A stretch of DNA of 64,000 nucleotides from Fidelibacterota bacterium (GTDB lineage: Bacteria > Fidelibacterota > SORT01): the NCBI GenBank assembly GCA_022571215.1, contig JACZYG010000014.1:3884-67883 (forward strand), written 5' to 3'. The notes under the pieces are model-generated. The model was given only the letters and a program-made list of their open reading frames with translations, made no database searches and had not been told where the DNA came from. The position numbers and the translations under genes were made by a program. Below are positions 1 to 9,451 of this stretch, in pieces. The stretch's first letter is position 1; every line of letters begins with the position of its first letter.

Positions 1-26
1 TTGAGGTTTAGGGTTTACTCGCTACC

Positions 27-177
27 GTCATTGCGAATCCGCCAGCTGGCGGATGTGGCAATCTCAGATCTTTATGCAGCAGGTAAAATCGTTATATACG
101 AAATCAACGTTCCGAGATTGCCCGCCTGACCAATGTCGGGCAGGCTTCGTCGTGTATACACCACTCCTCGCAAAGAC
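27..177. repeat. Palindromic repeat family A (GTCWTTGCGA..GCAATCTC..GAGATTGCTTCG..CTCGCAAWGAC)
   Basis: Nested inverted repeats; homologous copies at 1375-1477, 20745-20862 and a degenerate one at about 25585-25720. Confidence 0.85.
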
Positions 178-195
178 ACTGTTTAAATTATCAAT

Positions 196-220
196 GAGGA
201 CAGGATAAATCCTGACTCGC
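196..220. repeat. Bulged hairpin repeat family C (GCGGTCAGG-N6-CCTGACTCGC)
   Basis: Copies at 1496, 10844, 27889, 58001, 61820; variants at 10887, 20709, 61865. Confidence 0.8.
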
Positions 221-298
221 GGATAAGAACGATAAATGACTTGATATTCTCCCTCACGCGGGTTATCGTTCAGTGACACTTCCGAACGCTTAAAATCT

Positions 299-751
299 AT
301 GGGAGAGCTTTTGTTTCGCATTACACTCATAATTTCGGCTACTGTTCTTATTACCATCGGCTGCGGTTCCGGTGAAAAAAAGGAAGAGGCTGCTATCAAT
401 GTAGAGACCACAGAAACACAGATTGTCATTAGCGATTCTACGGCTTCGCCGGAAGTGGCGACGTTGAGTAAGGCTACACTAAAGCCCGAGCCGGTTCCGG
501 TCAGAAAAGGGAATTTTACCGTTCAGATAGGATCGTTCCGCAGTGAACCGAGAGCGCATGAGGCGATAATCAAGTATAAGAAGATGGGTTATGACGCTTA
601 TATCGAGGAGACCAAAGTAGGAAGGAGCGATCGTATTTGGTTCCGCGTGCGGATTGGACGATTTCAACGGAGTTCAGAGGCGAAACGGATAGCGGACGAA
701 CTCAATGCAAAGGGAAACGTCAAAGCGTGGGTGGATAAAGTCTCGAGATAA
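299..751 (+). CDS. SPOR domain lipoprotein
   Basis: Signal peptide ending in IGC; C-terminal FTVQIGSF...WFRVRIGRF SPOR motif. Confidence 0.85.
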   Translation: MGELLFRITLIISATVLITIGCGSGEKKEEAAINVETTETQIVISDSTASPEVATLSKATLKPEPVPVRKGNFTVQIGSFRSEPRAHEAIIKYKKMGYDAYIEETKVGRSDRIWFRVRIGRFQRSSEAKRIADELNAKGNVKAWVDKVSR

Positions 752-770
752 AATAAGAGCTCTTTTCTGC

Positions 771-799
771 TTGACATATCAAACGAATATTCGTATTAT
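771..799 (+). promoter_or_regulatory. sigma70 promoter of rpmB
   Basis: TTGACA 771-776, 17 bp spacer, TATTAT 794-799. Confidence 0.75.
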
Positions 800-832
800 T
801 TCCCGCATTCTGAAAATGGAGAAATGAGAAAG

Positions 833-1024
833 ATGTCAAGAGTTTGTGATATATGCGGTAAAGGTCCCCTATACGGGAACAAGGTGAGTCATGCTCACAA
901 TACGAGCAGAAGAAGATGGCTGCCGAATCTGCAACGGGTGAGGGCTAACCTCAACGGCACTGTTAAAAGGATCCGCGTTTGTACGTCCTGCCTGAAAGAC
1001 GGTAAGGTGGTCAAAGCGGCTTAG
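833..1024 (+). CDS. rpmB: 50S ribosomal protein L28
   Basis: [32 protein letters not shown]; start may be 824. Confidence 0.97.
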   Translation: MSRVCDICGKGPLYGNKVSHAHNTSRRRWLPNLQRVRANLNGTVKRIRVCTSCLKDGKVVKAA

Positions 1025-1050
1025 ATTTATTCTTAGAGAAATTGTTAAAG

Positions 1051-1078
1051 GGAGAGTATTCTTACTCTCCTTTATTTT
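1051..1078 (+). terminator. Intrinsic terminator after rpmB
   Basis: GGAGAGTA-TTCT-TACTCTCC stem followed by a T-rich tail. Confidence 0.75.
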
Positions 1079-1102
1079 GTTTTTCGTGATTGGATAACTC
1101 AT

Positions 1103-1522
1103 CACACACCCCGTCTTTTGTCCCGAACAATCGGGACAAAATCCACCCCTCTTGATAGAGGGGAACTTTTAGTCCTCTCCCCTTGAGGGGAGTACTCCGT
1201 AGGAGGGAGGGGTGTAATCGTTCGGTACAGTAAAATAATAAAAGATTTCAACCATCACACTCCCTCCCGATAAATCGGGATAAACTCACCCCTCTTTTTA
1301 GAGGGGAACTTTTTGCATCCAAGATGCGATACTCCAAAAGGATTGGCATTACAATCCCAAATCCGCACCTCTCCGTCTTTGCGAGACCTGATTTATCAGG
1401 TCAAAGCAATCTCAAATCTATCCAACACGGCAACTATGGGATTGCTTCGTCGTGACTAAGTCACTCCTCGCAAAGACACTGTCAAAATTATCAACGCGGT
1501 CAGGATCAATCCTGACTCGCAC
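1103..1522. repeat. Repeat island: family B (CCCCTC-loop-GAGGGG) hairpins plus family A and C copies
   Basis: CCCCTCTTGATAGAGGGG, CTCCCCTTGAGGGGAG and similar; homologous to 20432-21198 and 61944-62544. Confidence 0.85.
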
Positions 1523-1544
1523 ATCACGCAGGAGAACTTAATTA

Positions 1545-1582
1545 AAACAAAAAACCCGTCTTTCGACGGGTTCTTTGTTTTT
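1545..1582. terminator. Intrinsic terminator after ftsZ, probably bidirectional
   Basis: AACCCGTC-TTTC-GACGGGTT stem with an A-run on the left and a T-run on the right. Confidence 0.8.
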
Positions 1583-1609
1583 CTCTTTGGGGGTGACGAC
1601 CCTCTTTTT

Positions 1610-2782
1610 TTACAAACTGGCTATACTGCCCTGTTGTTTCCTCAGGAACGCCGGTACTTCTATGTCGTCTGTGGGTATCGCTATTTCCGGCGGTACCGAT
1701 ACAGGTTTTACCATTGTCGAACCGTCTTCCGTCTGACGCTGTACGGCAGGTTTCTCCAACTCTTCCGGATTCGCGCGGTAGAAAGCGTAATCTTTCTCTT
1801 CCGCTGCCGGCATGGAGAGAGGATTCTTATTGAAGCCTGTCGCTATCACAGTGACGCTTATCTCATCGCCCATTGAGGGATCAATTACCGCTCCGAAGAT
1901 GATATTCGCGTCTTCACCCGCTTCCTGGTAGATGATAGAGGACGCTTCTTCCACGTCACAAAGCGATAAGCTTTCGCCGCCCGTGATGTTGATGAGCACT
2001 CCGAGAGCGCCGCTGATGTCCGTATCCTCTAAGAGCGGGCTGTTTATCGCCTGCTGAGCGGCAATAACCGCTCTTTCCTCGCCTGAGGCGGTACCCGTAC
2101 CGAGCACTGCATCGCCCATATCCGCCATTACCGTCCGGACGTCGGCGAAATCGAGGTTGATGATACCGTGAAAGGTGATCAGGTCGGAAATTCCCTTAGT
2201 CGATTGATACAGCAATGTATCGGCGATCTGAAAAGCGTTCAGAACGGAGGTATCGCGGTCGACTATGGAGAGTAACCGCTGGTTAGGTATGACTATTATA
2301 GTATCCACATGGCTGCGGAACTCCTCTATGCCCGCTTCGGCTCTAAGGGTCCGTTTCGGAGCTTCGAAGATGAACGGCTTTGTAACTATCCCTACTGTCA
2401 ACGCTCCAAGGTCTTTAGCGATCTCGGCGACGATAGGAGCGGCGCCCGTTCCCGTTCCTCCGCCCATGCCCGCCGTCACGAATACCATATCGGTATCGGC
2501 GAGCACTTTGGCTACGGCGTCCCTGTCCTCTTCGATAGCCTTTTTGCCGATCTCGACGTTTGCTCCTGCGCCCAGACCTTTCGTGATACTTTGACCGATC
2601 TGTATCTTTGTCTTGGCGTCGTTATGATCGAGCGCCTGCGCATCTGTGTTAATCGCCACGAACTCCACTCCTTCCAATCCGGAACGGATCATGCGATTTA
2701 GGGCGTTACCACCCGCGCCGCCTACTCCAACTACCTTCATCTTGGCTCTTTGTTCGAGAACCTCAGTGAATTCAAATAGCAT
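1610..2782 (-). CDS. ftsZ: Cell division protein FtsZ
   Basis: GGGTGTG tubulin signature; C-terminal IEVPAFLRK. Confidence 0.99.
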   Translation of the reverse strand: MLFEFTEVLEQRAKMKVVGVGGAGGNALNRMIRSGLEGVEFVAINTDAQALDHNDAKTKIQIGQSITKGLGAGANVEIGKKAIEEDRDAVAKVLADTDMVFVTAGMGGGTGTGAAPIVAEIAKDLGALTVGIVTKPFIFEAPKRTLRAEAGIEEFRSHVDTIIVIPNQRLLSIVDRDTSVLNAFQIADTLLYQSTKGISDLITFHGIINLDFADVRTVMADMGDAVLGTGTASGEERAVIAAQQAINSPLLEDTDISGALGVLINITGGESLSLCDVEEASSIIYQEAGEDANIIFGAVIDPSMGDEISVTVIATGFNKNPLSMPAAEEKDYAFYRANPEELEKPAVQRQTEDGSTMVKPVSVPPEIAIPTDDIEVPAFLRKQQGSIASL

Positions 2783-2820
2783 AATTGCCTCCTACTTTGT
2801 GTTTATCCTTCATTTATTCT

Positions 2821-4077
2821 TTAAACAAAAAAATCTGTAACAGTGTGTATGATCTTCTCCATTACTCTCCTGAAAGTGGGTTTCTCATTCGGGAGGTAAG
2901 ATTCCGATGCTCCTTCCGGGCTGACCGCATAATTCAGCAGACCTATCACCGTGGCGAACTGCGGTTCCGAAACGAGATCGGTAAGTCCCTTGACGGGGGC
3001 GGGTTTACCTATCTTGACCGGCTGTTCGAAGATATCCTGAGCGAGCTCCACCAGACCGTTGAGTTTTGCTCCTCCGCCCGTCAGAACAACGCCGCCTGCG
3101 AGCATATCGTACCGGTCGCACTTCTTCATCTCCATCTTCGCCATTTTCAGTATCTCTTCAACTCTCGGCTCGATATATGAGGCGAGAAGCATGCGGGATA
3201 TTTCTCTCGGCGATCTACCGCCTATGCTTTTGAGCTTCAGATATTCGTCTTTGCTCACAAGCGATTGTTTAGCGCATCCGTATTCGCATTTTATCTCTTC
3301 CGCCTGCTCACGGGGAGTCCTGAGCATATAAGCGATATCGTTGGTGACGTTATCACTCCCGAGTCCCACGACGGCTGTGTGCCTTACCGCGCCGTTGAAG
3401 AAGAGGGCTACATCGGTCGTACCGCCTCCAAAATCTATGAGGGTCACGCCGAGTTCTTTCTCCTCCTCATCAAGAACGGCGTAACTGCTCGCTAACGGTT
3501 CGAGCACTAAATTATTCACGATGATGTCCGAGCGGTTAACGGCTTTGACGATATTTTTGCACGACGTTGCGGAACAGGTGACTATATGCACCTTCGATTC
3601 TAATTTCATCCCGGTTATGCCGATAGGCGATTTTATTCCGTACTGATCGTCAACGGCGTATTCCTGCGGGAGTACATGCAATATCTCTCTATCGAGTCCC
3701 GTGAGGACGGCCATCGCCGCTTCGGTAACCCGTTCTATATCATCTTCGGTTATCTCTCCGTGACGCAAGCCGCGTTTGGATTCCGATTTGGATACGGCTA
3801 TCACGGCATCGCTGTTCATACTTCGGATATGATTTCCGCCTATGCCGACGTAAGCTCCGTTTATGTTCACACCAGCCATCCGTTCGGCTTCTTCAACAGC
3901 ATTGGAAATGGAGGAAATAGTCTTTTCAAGGTTCACAACGACCCCGCGTTTGAGACCATGGGACGGGACGGTACCGACACCGAGTATGTTCAGCTCGCCC
4001 GAAAGTTCCTGCTCCGCGATGACAGCGCATATCTTTGTTGTTCCAATGTCTATACCCGTAACTATCGATTCTCTCAT
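2821..4077 (-). CDS. ftsA: Cell division protein FtsA
   Basis: IDIGTTK, DFGGGTTD, LTGGGA; position next to ftsZ. Confidence 0.98.
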   Translation of the reverse strand: MRESIVTGIDIGTTKICAVIAEQELSGELNILGVGTVPSHGLKRGVVVNLEKTISSISNAVEEAERMAGVNINGAYVGIGGNHIRSMNSDAVIAVSKSESKRGLRHGEITEDDIERVTEAAMAVLTGLDREILHVLPQEYAVDDQYGIKSPIGITGMKLESKVHIVTCSATSCKNIVKAVNRSDIIVNNLVLEPLASSYAVLDEEEKELGVTLIDFGGGTTDVALFFNGAVRHTAVVGLGSDNVTNDIAYMLRTPREQAEEIKCEYGCAKQSLVSKDEYLKLKSIGGRSPREISRMLLASYIEPRVEEILKMAKMEMKKCDRYDMLAGGVVLTGGGAKLNGLVELAQDIFEQPVKIGKPAPVKGLTDLVSEPQFATVIGLLNYAVSPEGASESYLPNEKPTFRRVMEKIIHTVTDFFV

Positions 4078-4094
4078 AATTTGCTACTCCTGTT

Positions 4095-4871
4095 TCAAGA
4101 GCGTTCTTTAACTATTACCTGATTATCAAAACGAAGATCCACGTAGTGGTATCGCGCCAGACCGCCTATCGGCTTCACAGTCGCCATAAGAGAGCGGATC
4201 CGGTCTAATTTATTTTCAAAACCTGATTTTCCGAGATAGATCCGTGTTCCTTTCCGGGCGCCTATCAGATTTACTTCCCCGTCGGGCGTGAGGTGAATCT
4301 CGGAGATGCTGTTGTAAAGGGGGATCGAGCCTTCACTAAGAATTTTTGCCACGTTCAGCGCCTTCTGAAAGAGCGGGTTATTTATTTTGCCGCCGTACGC
4401 CGGCAGGTTCAGATCTTCCATACCCGTTATTATGGGGAGATCGAAACTCTTATGCGAACGGGGGGGAAGCAGATGTCCATTCAGATCGGTACAATAAAGT
4501 TCATCGAGGGCGATGAACGCAAACGGTTTTCGTTCTATAACGACGATGGAGAACGTGTTCGGCAGTTCACGCGATATAACCGCCTTCCTGATGAAGGGAT
4601 TAGATTCCAACCGCGCCGCCGCGGTCTGCAGGTCGGCGGAGAGCATCTCATCTCCGAAACTGAAACCTGTCAGTATGAAAATATCATCCGCCGAGACTGT
4701 CTCGTTGCCCCGAATCTTGACGCTTTCGAGCGAAAAAACCTTAAACGCCTCGGCATAAGTCACTAACGCAACGGCAAGAAGGATCGTTGTCGTCACCATC
4801 ATTAAGATATATAGCGCCTGCTTGATGAACGGTAATATTGAGATGACAAATTCCTTCATTAGATAAACCAC
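4095..4871 (-). CDS. ftsQ: Cell division protein FtsQ/DivIB
   Basis: N-terminal TM segment, POTRA region, C-terminal YVDLRF; start uncertain (4859 also possible). Confidence 0.9.
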   Translation of the reverse strand: MVYLMKEFVISILPFIKQALYILMMVTTTILLAVALVTYAEAFKVFSLESVKIRGNETVSADDIFILTGFSFGDEMLSADLQTAAARLESNPFIRKAVISRELPNTFSIVVIERKPFAFIALDELYCTDLNGHLLPPRSHKSFDLPIITGMEDLNLPAYGGKINNPLFQKALNVAKILSEGSIPLYNSISEIHLTPDGEVNLIGARKGTRIYLGKSGFENKLDRIRSLMATVKPIGGLARYHYVDLRFDNQVIVKERS

Positions 4872-5791
4872 TCCTCAAATCCTACCAGCTGTAGTTCGAG
4901 CTCAAGTTCCACGCCGAATTTATCCTGAACCGTTTTCTGAGCAAGGGCGATAAGATGCATGACATCCTCCGCTTTTGCATTGCCGCTATTGAGTATGAAA
5001 TTCGCGTGTTTGTCGGAAATTATCGCTCCGCCTGCGCGTGTTCCCTTCAAACCGGCATCCTCAATGAGTTTGCCCGCTGAATCACCTTCAGCCGGATTCT
5101 TGAAGATGCTTCCCGTGGAGGGGAGGGTGACAGGTTGTTTAGTGTTGCGCTCTTTAACGATCTCCCGTGAATTTCCATACAGCTCGGACGCATCCTCTAC
5201 GAGCTCGAGCTCAAACTCCGATTCAAGAATGATGGCTCCCTCCGGAAGGTTGGATTCTCTATATTCGAACTGAAGTTCTATCGCGCGAAGTTCCACGAAT
5301 TCGCCGTCTTCAAGCAAGAGAGTGAGCGATTTCAGTTTCTGGGAGATTTCTGAGCCGAAAGCTCCCGCGTTCATGAAGAGCGCGCCTCCGAGAGAACCGG
5401 GAATACCCGCTAATTTCTCTACGCCCGCCAGGTTATGTTTTCTGCATGTGGCGACAAATTTCGCAAGACTGACACCCGACTCCGCCTTTACTATGTTGCC
5501 TTTGACCTCGATGGAGCTAAATCCTGTCTTGAGGTCGATTATCAATCCCCTATATCCCTTGTCATGCACAAGAATATTGCTTCCTCCGCCTAAATTGAAA
5601 TGCGGAAGCTGCTGCTCGCGCGCGAACTCCATGAGAGTTTTAACATCTTCTTTATCAACGGGAAGAGCGTAAATATATGCCGGTCCGCCTATATTATAGG
5701 TGGTATGCTCCGACATCGGCGTGTTAAATTTCAGCTCGCCTTTCACCGAATTTTCCAGATTGCGAAGATCCTGTTGGTTAACTAACTGCAT
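4859..5791 (-). CDS. murB: UDP-N-acetylmuramate dehydrogenase
   Basis: GGGSNIL, GIPGSLGGALFMNAGA, GSIFKNP, KHANF. Confidence 0.98.
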   Translation of the reverse strand: MQLVNQQDLRNLENSVKGELKFNTPMSEHTTYNIGGPAYIYALPVDKEDVKTLMEFAREQQLPHFNLGGGSNILVHDKGYRGLIIDLKTGFSSIEVKGNIVKAESGVSLAKFVATCRKHNLAGVEKLAGIPGSLGGALFMNAGAFGSEISQKLKSLTLLLEDGEFVELRAIELQFEYRESNLPEGAIILESEFELELVEDASELYGNSREIVKERNTKQPVTLPSTGSIFKNPAEGDSAGKLIEDAGLKGTRAGGAIISDKHANFILNSGNAKAEDVMHLIALAQKTVQDKFGVELELELQLVGFEEWFI

Positions 5792-7181
5792 CTTTTTCCG
5801 CTCTCTCTAATTTTTGTATGAACTCTTCCCCTATCTTATAAATATCCCCTGCTCCGATGGTGATTATCATGTCGCCTTCGGTCGCGAAATCGATCAAAAA
5901 ATCTGAAATCTTCTCCTTTTCAGGGAGATAATGAACCTCTTTATGTCCCGAACTTTTCACCGCGTCAGCAATCAGTTTACCCGTGACCCCTTCGATGGGA
6001 GCTTCACGGGCGGGGAATATATCGGTGATTATCACCACATCTGCATGATTGAACGAGCTGCCGAACTCGTCCTTGAAATCTCTCGTCCGTGAATAGAGGT
6101 GAGGCTGAAAGACCGCTATCACCCGTCTGTCCCACCCGGTCTGAGCGGCGGAGAGGGAGCTCTTCACCTCTGTCGGATGATGAGCGTAATCGTCCACTAT
6201 CATCATGCCGGCTATCCGTTTCTTTATCTCGAACCGCCGGCGTACGCCTTCGAATTCGCTCAACGCTTTCGCAATGGTGTCAAAGGGTATATCAAGTTCG
6301 AGCGCAAGGGCGATAACGCCGAGAGCGTTCTTAACGTTATGAACACCGGGCATACGAAGATGAATCTTGCCCAAGTCCGTACCTTCGTTAATGAGATTGA
6401 ATCTGCTTTCGCCTGATTCGTAGCTGATGTCAACAGCCCGCACCTCAGCGTTTTCGTCCAGACCGTAAGTGATAATTCGCTTCTTGATGTCAGGAAGGAT
6501 CGCCTTCAGGTGCGGTTCGTCTATACATGCGATAACCGCTCCGTAAAAGGGAACTCTCGAAGCAAAAATGAGGAATGTATCTTTGATGTCATCCAAGTCT
6601 TTGTATATGTCAAGATGTTCTATTTCAATATTCGTGATAATAGCGATAGTAGGGGAGAGGGTGAGAAACGAACGGTCAAATTCATCCGCTTCCGCTACTA
6701 TATAATCGCCGTCGCCGAGCCGCGCGTTGGTCGCTAAACTTCTAACGACTCCTCCCACAATAATCGTCGGGTCGAGTCCTGCTTCAGTCATGACCATGCC
6801 CGCTATAGAAGTTGTAGTGGTCTTTCCGTGAGTGCCCGCCACCGCCACAGCATACGGTTTAAGCCGTACGAGCTCAGCGAGCATCTCCGCCCTGCGAATC
6901 ACGGGAATCCCCTTCTCCTTTGCGGCTTCGATTTCGGGATTATCATCCGTCACCGCGGATGAATGAACCACCACATCGGCATCTCCGATGTTTTCGGCCG
7001 AATGACCTATATAGATTGTTCCGCCCATCTTTTGCAAATTCCGTGTAATATCCGTTTCGGTCATATCCGAACCCGACACGGCGTACCCCTGATTCAAAAG
7101 AAGCTCTGCAAGACCGCTCATACCGATACCGCCGACTCCGACGAAGTGCAGATGTTTGGTATGTCCTAATTTTACCATCAT
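5778..7181 (-). CDS. murC: UDP-N-acetylmuramate-L-alanine ligase
   Basis: GVGGIGMSG, GTHGKTTT, EADEFD, DDYAHHPTE. Confidence 0.98.
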   Translation of the reverse strand: MMVKLGHTKHLHFVGVGGIGMSGLAELLLNQGYAVSGSDMTETDITRNLQKMGGTIYIGHSAENIGDADVVVHSSAVTDDNPEIEAAKEKGIPVIRRAEMLAELVRLKPYAVAVAGTHGKTTTTSIAGMVMTEAGLDPTIIVGGVVRSLATNARLGDGDYIVAEADEFDRSFLTLSPTIAIITNIEIEHLDIYKDLDDIKDTFLIFASRVPFYGAVIACIDEPHLKAILPDIKKRIITYGLDENAEVRAVDISYESGESRFNLINEGTDLGKIHLRMPGVHNVKNALGVIALALELDIPFDTIAKALSEFEGVRRRFEIKKRIAGMMIVDDYAHHPTEVKSSLSAAQTGWDRRVIAVFQPHLYSRTRDFKDEFGSSFNHADVVIITDIFPAREAPIEGVTGKLIADAVKSSGHKEVHYLPEKEKISDFLIDFATEGDMIITIGAGDIYKIGEEFIQKLERAEKDAVS

Positions 7182-8304
7182 GCCTTTGCCATCTCTATCA
7201 TCTTGAAGAGCGAGTTGATTATTTTCAATGCGGCGTCTTCATGAGCTACCGCCTTGCCCGCCTCGGACATCTCTTTTAGTTTCAAATCGTCATTCAACAG
7301 CCCGAATACAGTTTTCTCTAATTTGCCCGAGGGTAAGTCCACCTGATTGACCACCACAGCGGCGCCCGCGTCTGCCATAAGCTTCGCGTTGTAATCCTGA
7401 TGCTTCTCCGCGGCGTGAGGGAGCGGGATAAGAATAGAAGGAAGCCCGACCGCTGCGAGTTCCGCAATGGTCAACGCTCCTGCCCTGCAAACGGCGATGT
7501 CCGCGGAGGAATACGCGCCCGCCATGTCCGAGAGGAAGGGCAATATCTTGACGTTATCCCGTTCGCCTACGGCTGTGATTATCTTCTGATAGTCGTTCGT
7601 TCCTGTCTGCCAGAGAAGTTGGAGTTCCGGGTGAGTGATGTATTTTTCTAAATTCTCCAATATGTGCATGTTTATCGGGCGGGAGCCTTGACTGCCTCCG
7701 AAAATAAGCAGAGTTCGTTTCCCCTCGGAGAGACCGTACGACTTTGAAGTGAGCGTTTTCGCTCTTCTGAGAAGTTCGCCTCTTATCGGATTTCCGCTAA
7801 TTTCCATTTTTATGCTTTTTTTTTTAGATGTTTCATACATTCTTCATAACTCAGCTCGACGCGGTCGACTCGTCCCGCCAATAATCGTGTAGTCAGACCC
7901 GGGTATGAATTCTGTTCGTGTATCAGAGTCGGAATACCTAACAAGGTCGCTGCATAAAGGGGGGGACCGGAGACGAAACCGCCTGTGCCTACTACGGCAT
8001 CGGGTTTCTGTTTCATAAGGTACCAGAATGACTGGAGCGTTGCTATTATCAACTTAAACGGAATAAAAAGATTTTTCAGCGCCGTTAAAAACAGGTTTTT
8101 CTCTCTGCTGATACCTGAGATCCAGATAGGGAAGAAATCGAAATCGCTGTCGGGAATGATCTTTCCCTCGATCCCCTTTTTGGTACCGATGAATTTGATA
8201 TCCGCCGACTTTTGCGCCAATTTAAGCCGCTCGGCGATGGCAAGCGCGGGGAAGAGATGTCCGCCTGTGCCGCCTCCCGCAAAAATGACCTTAAGATGTT
8301 TCAT
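7178..8304 (-). CDS. murG: MurG glycosyltransferase, split into two frames at an A10 run (7810-8304 N-half, 7178-7840 C-half)
   Basis: GGGTGGH and HEQN in the first frame; GNP, GGSQG and HQDYNA in the second; T10 at 7816-7825. Confidence 0.95.
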
Positions 8305-8305
8305 T

Positions 8306-9451
8306 TCAGTCAGAACTCCTTTTATATCTCTTTTTATTTTTCTTGGTTGAAGATGAAATATTAAGTATCACCCCGACCGAGCCGAGCGTAAAGAGGATGT
8401 TGGAACCTCCATAGCTGACCAGAGGGATCGGCAAGCCCGTAACGGGGAGCAATCCTGAGACGACAGCGGCATTGACCGCAGAATAAAGAAATATCGAGGA
8501 GGCAAGTCCGACAGCGAGGTAGAGTCCAAAGCTGTCTTTGGAGGATTTAGCCACTTTTAACGATCTGAAAAAGAACATCAGAAACATTGTTGAAATGATC
8601 AACACGCCCAAAAACCCCATCTCCTCGCCGATAATGGCAAGAATGAAATCGGTATGAGGAGTAGGAAGGAAAAGGTTCTTGCTTATGCTTCCGCCCAGTC
8701 CTATTCCGAGAAAACCGCCGCCTCCGAGGCTCATCAGCGATTGCTGCATCTGATAGCCCGCTCCCGATACGTCTCCGCCTTCGAAATATGATTTGATTCT
8801 CGCTATCTGATAGCTGGAACCGAAGAGAGAGAGGAGCATCAACAGGCTGCCGACGGAGCCTATGGCAAAGAGATGGCTCATTCGCGCGTTACCCACGAAG
8901 AGCATGATGAATACGACAGTAACCAATATAGCGGTCGTGCTGAAATCAGGTTGTTTCAGTATCAGCAAAGATGATATGCTGAGCACGATCACCATCGGAA
9001 GGAGTCCGTCAGAGAAGTAGACCATTTTATCTTTCTTCTTTTCAAGGAAGTACGCTATGTAGGTTATCAGCGAAAACTTCATAAACTCGGAGGTTTGTAT
9101 ACTAATGCCGCCGACGTAAATCCACCGGGCTGTGGCTCCCGTTCCCCAAAAACGATGATGAATCAAACCGGCGGTCAAAACTATTAACGCAATTATCAGG
9201 AGCGGCAAGGCGATTTTTTTATATAGCCTGTAATCTATATGCATCGTCAGAGCCATAAGCCCGAAACCGATGAGTATTCGCACAAAATGACCCTTCAGAT
9301 AGATAGCGCTGTCGCCCATCTCCCTGCCGATTGCCGAGCTTGCGCTGTAGAGCATCACCATGCCGGTACCCGCTATCAACACGATAATGAACAGGAGTTG
9401 CTTGTCGTAATTTCCCAAACTGAAAGGCATATTCGAGGCAATCCGGTTCAT
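8306..9451 (-). CDS. ftsW: Peptidoglycan glycosyltransferase FtsW
   Basis: Multi-TM SEDS protein; HTDFI, GEEMG, SYGGS. Confidence 0.95.
   Translation of the reverse strand: MNRIASNMPFSLGNYDKQLLFIIVLIAGTGMVMLYSASSAIGREMGDSAIYLKGHFVRILIGFGLMALTMHIDYRLYKKIALPLLIIALIVLTAGLIHHRFWGTGATARWIYVGGISIQTSEFMKFSLITYIAYFLEKKKDKMVYFSDGLLPMVIVLSISSLLILKQPDFSTTAILVTVVFIMLFVGNARMSHLFAIGSVGSLLMLLSLFGSSYQIARIKSYFEGGDVSGAGYQMQQSLMSLGGGGFLGIGLGGSISKNLFLPTPHTDFILAIIGEEMGFLGVLIISTMFLMFFFRSLKVAKSSKDSFGLYLAVGLASSIFLYSAVNAAVVSGLLPVTGLPIPLVSYGGSNILFTLGSVGVILNISSSTKKNKKRYKRSSD

Noticed and set aside
4859-4871. No ddl in the dcw cluster and no adk between secY and map
   Set aside because: Common gene-order variants; the genes may lie elsewhere.
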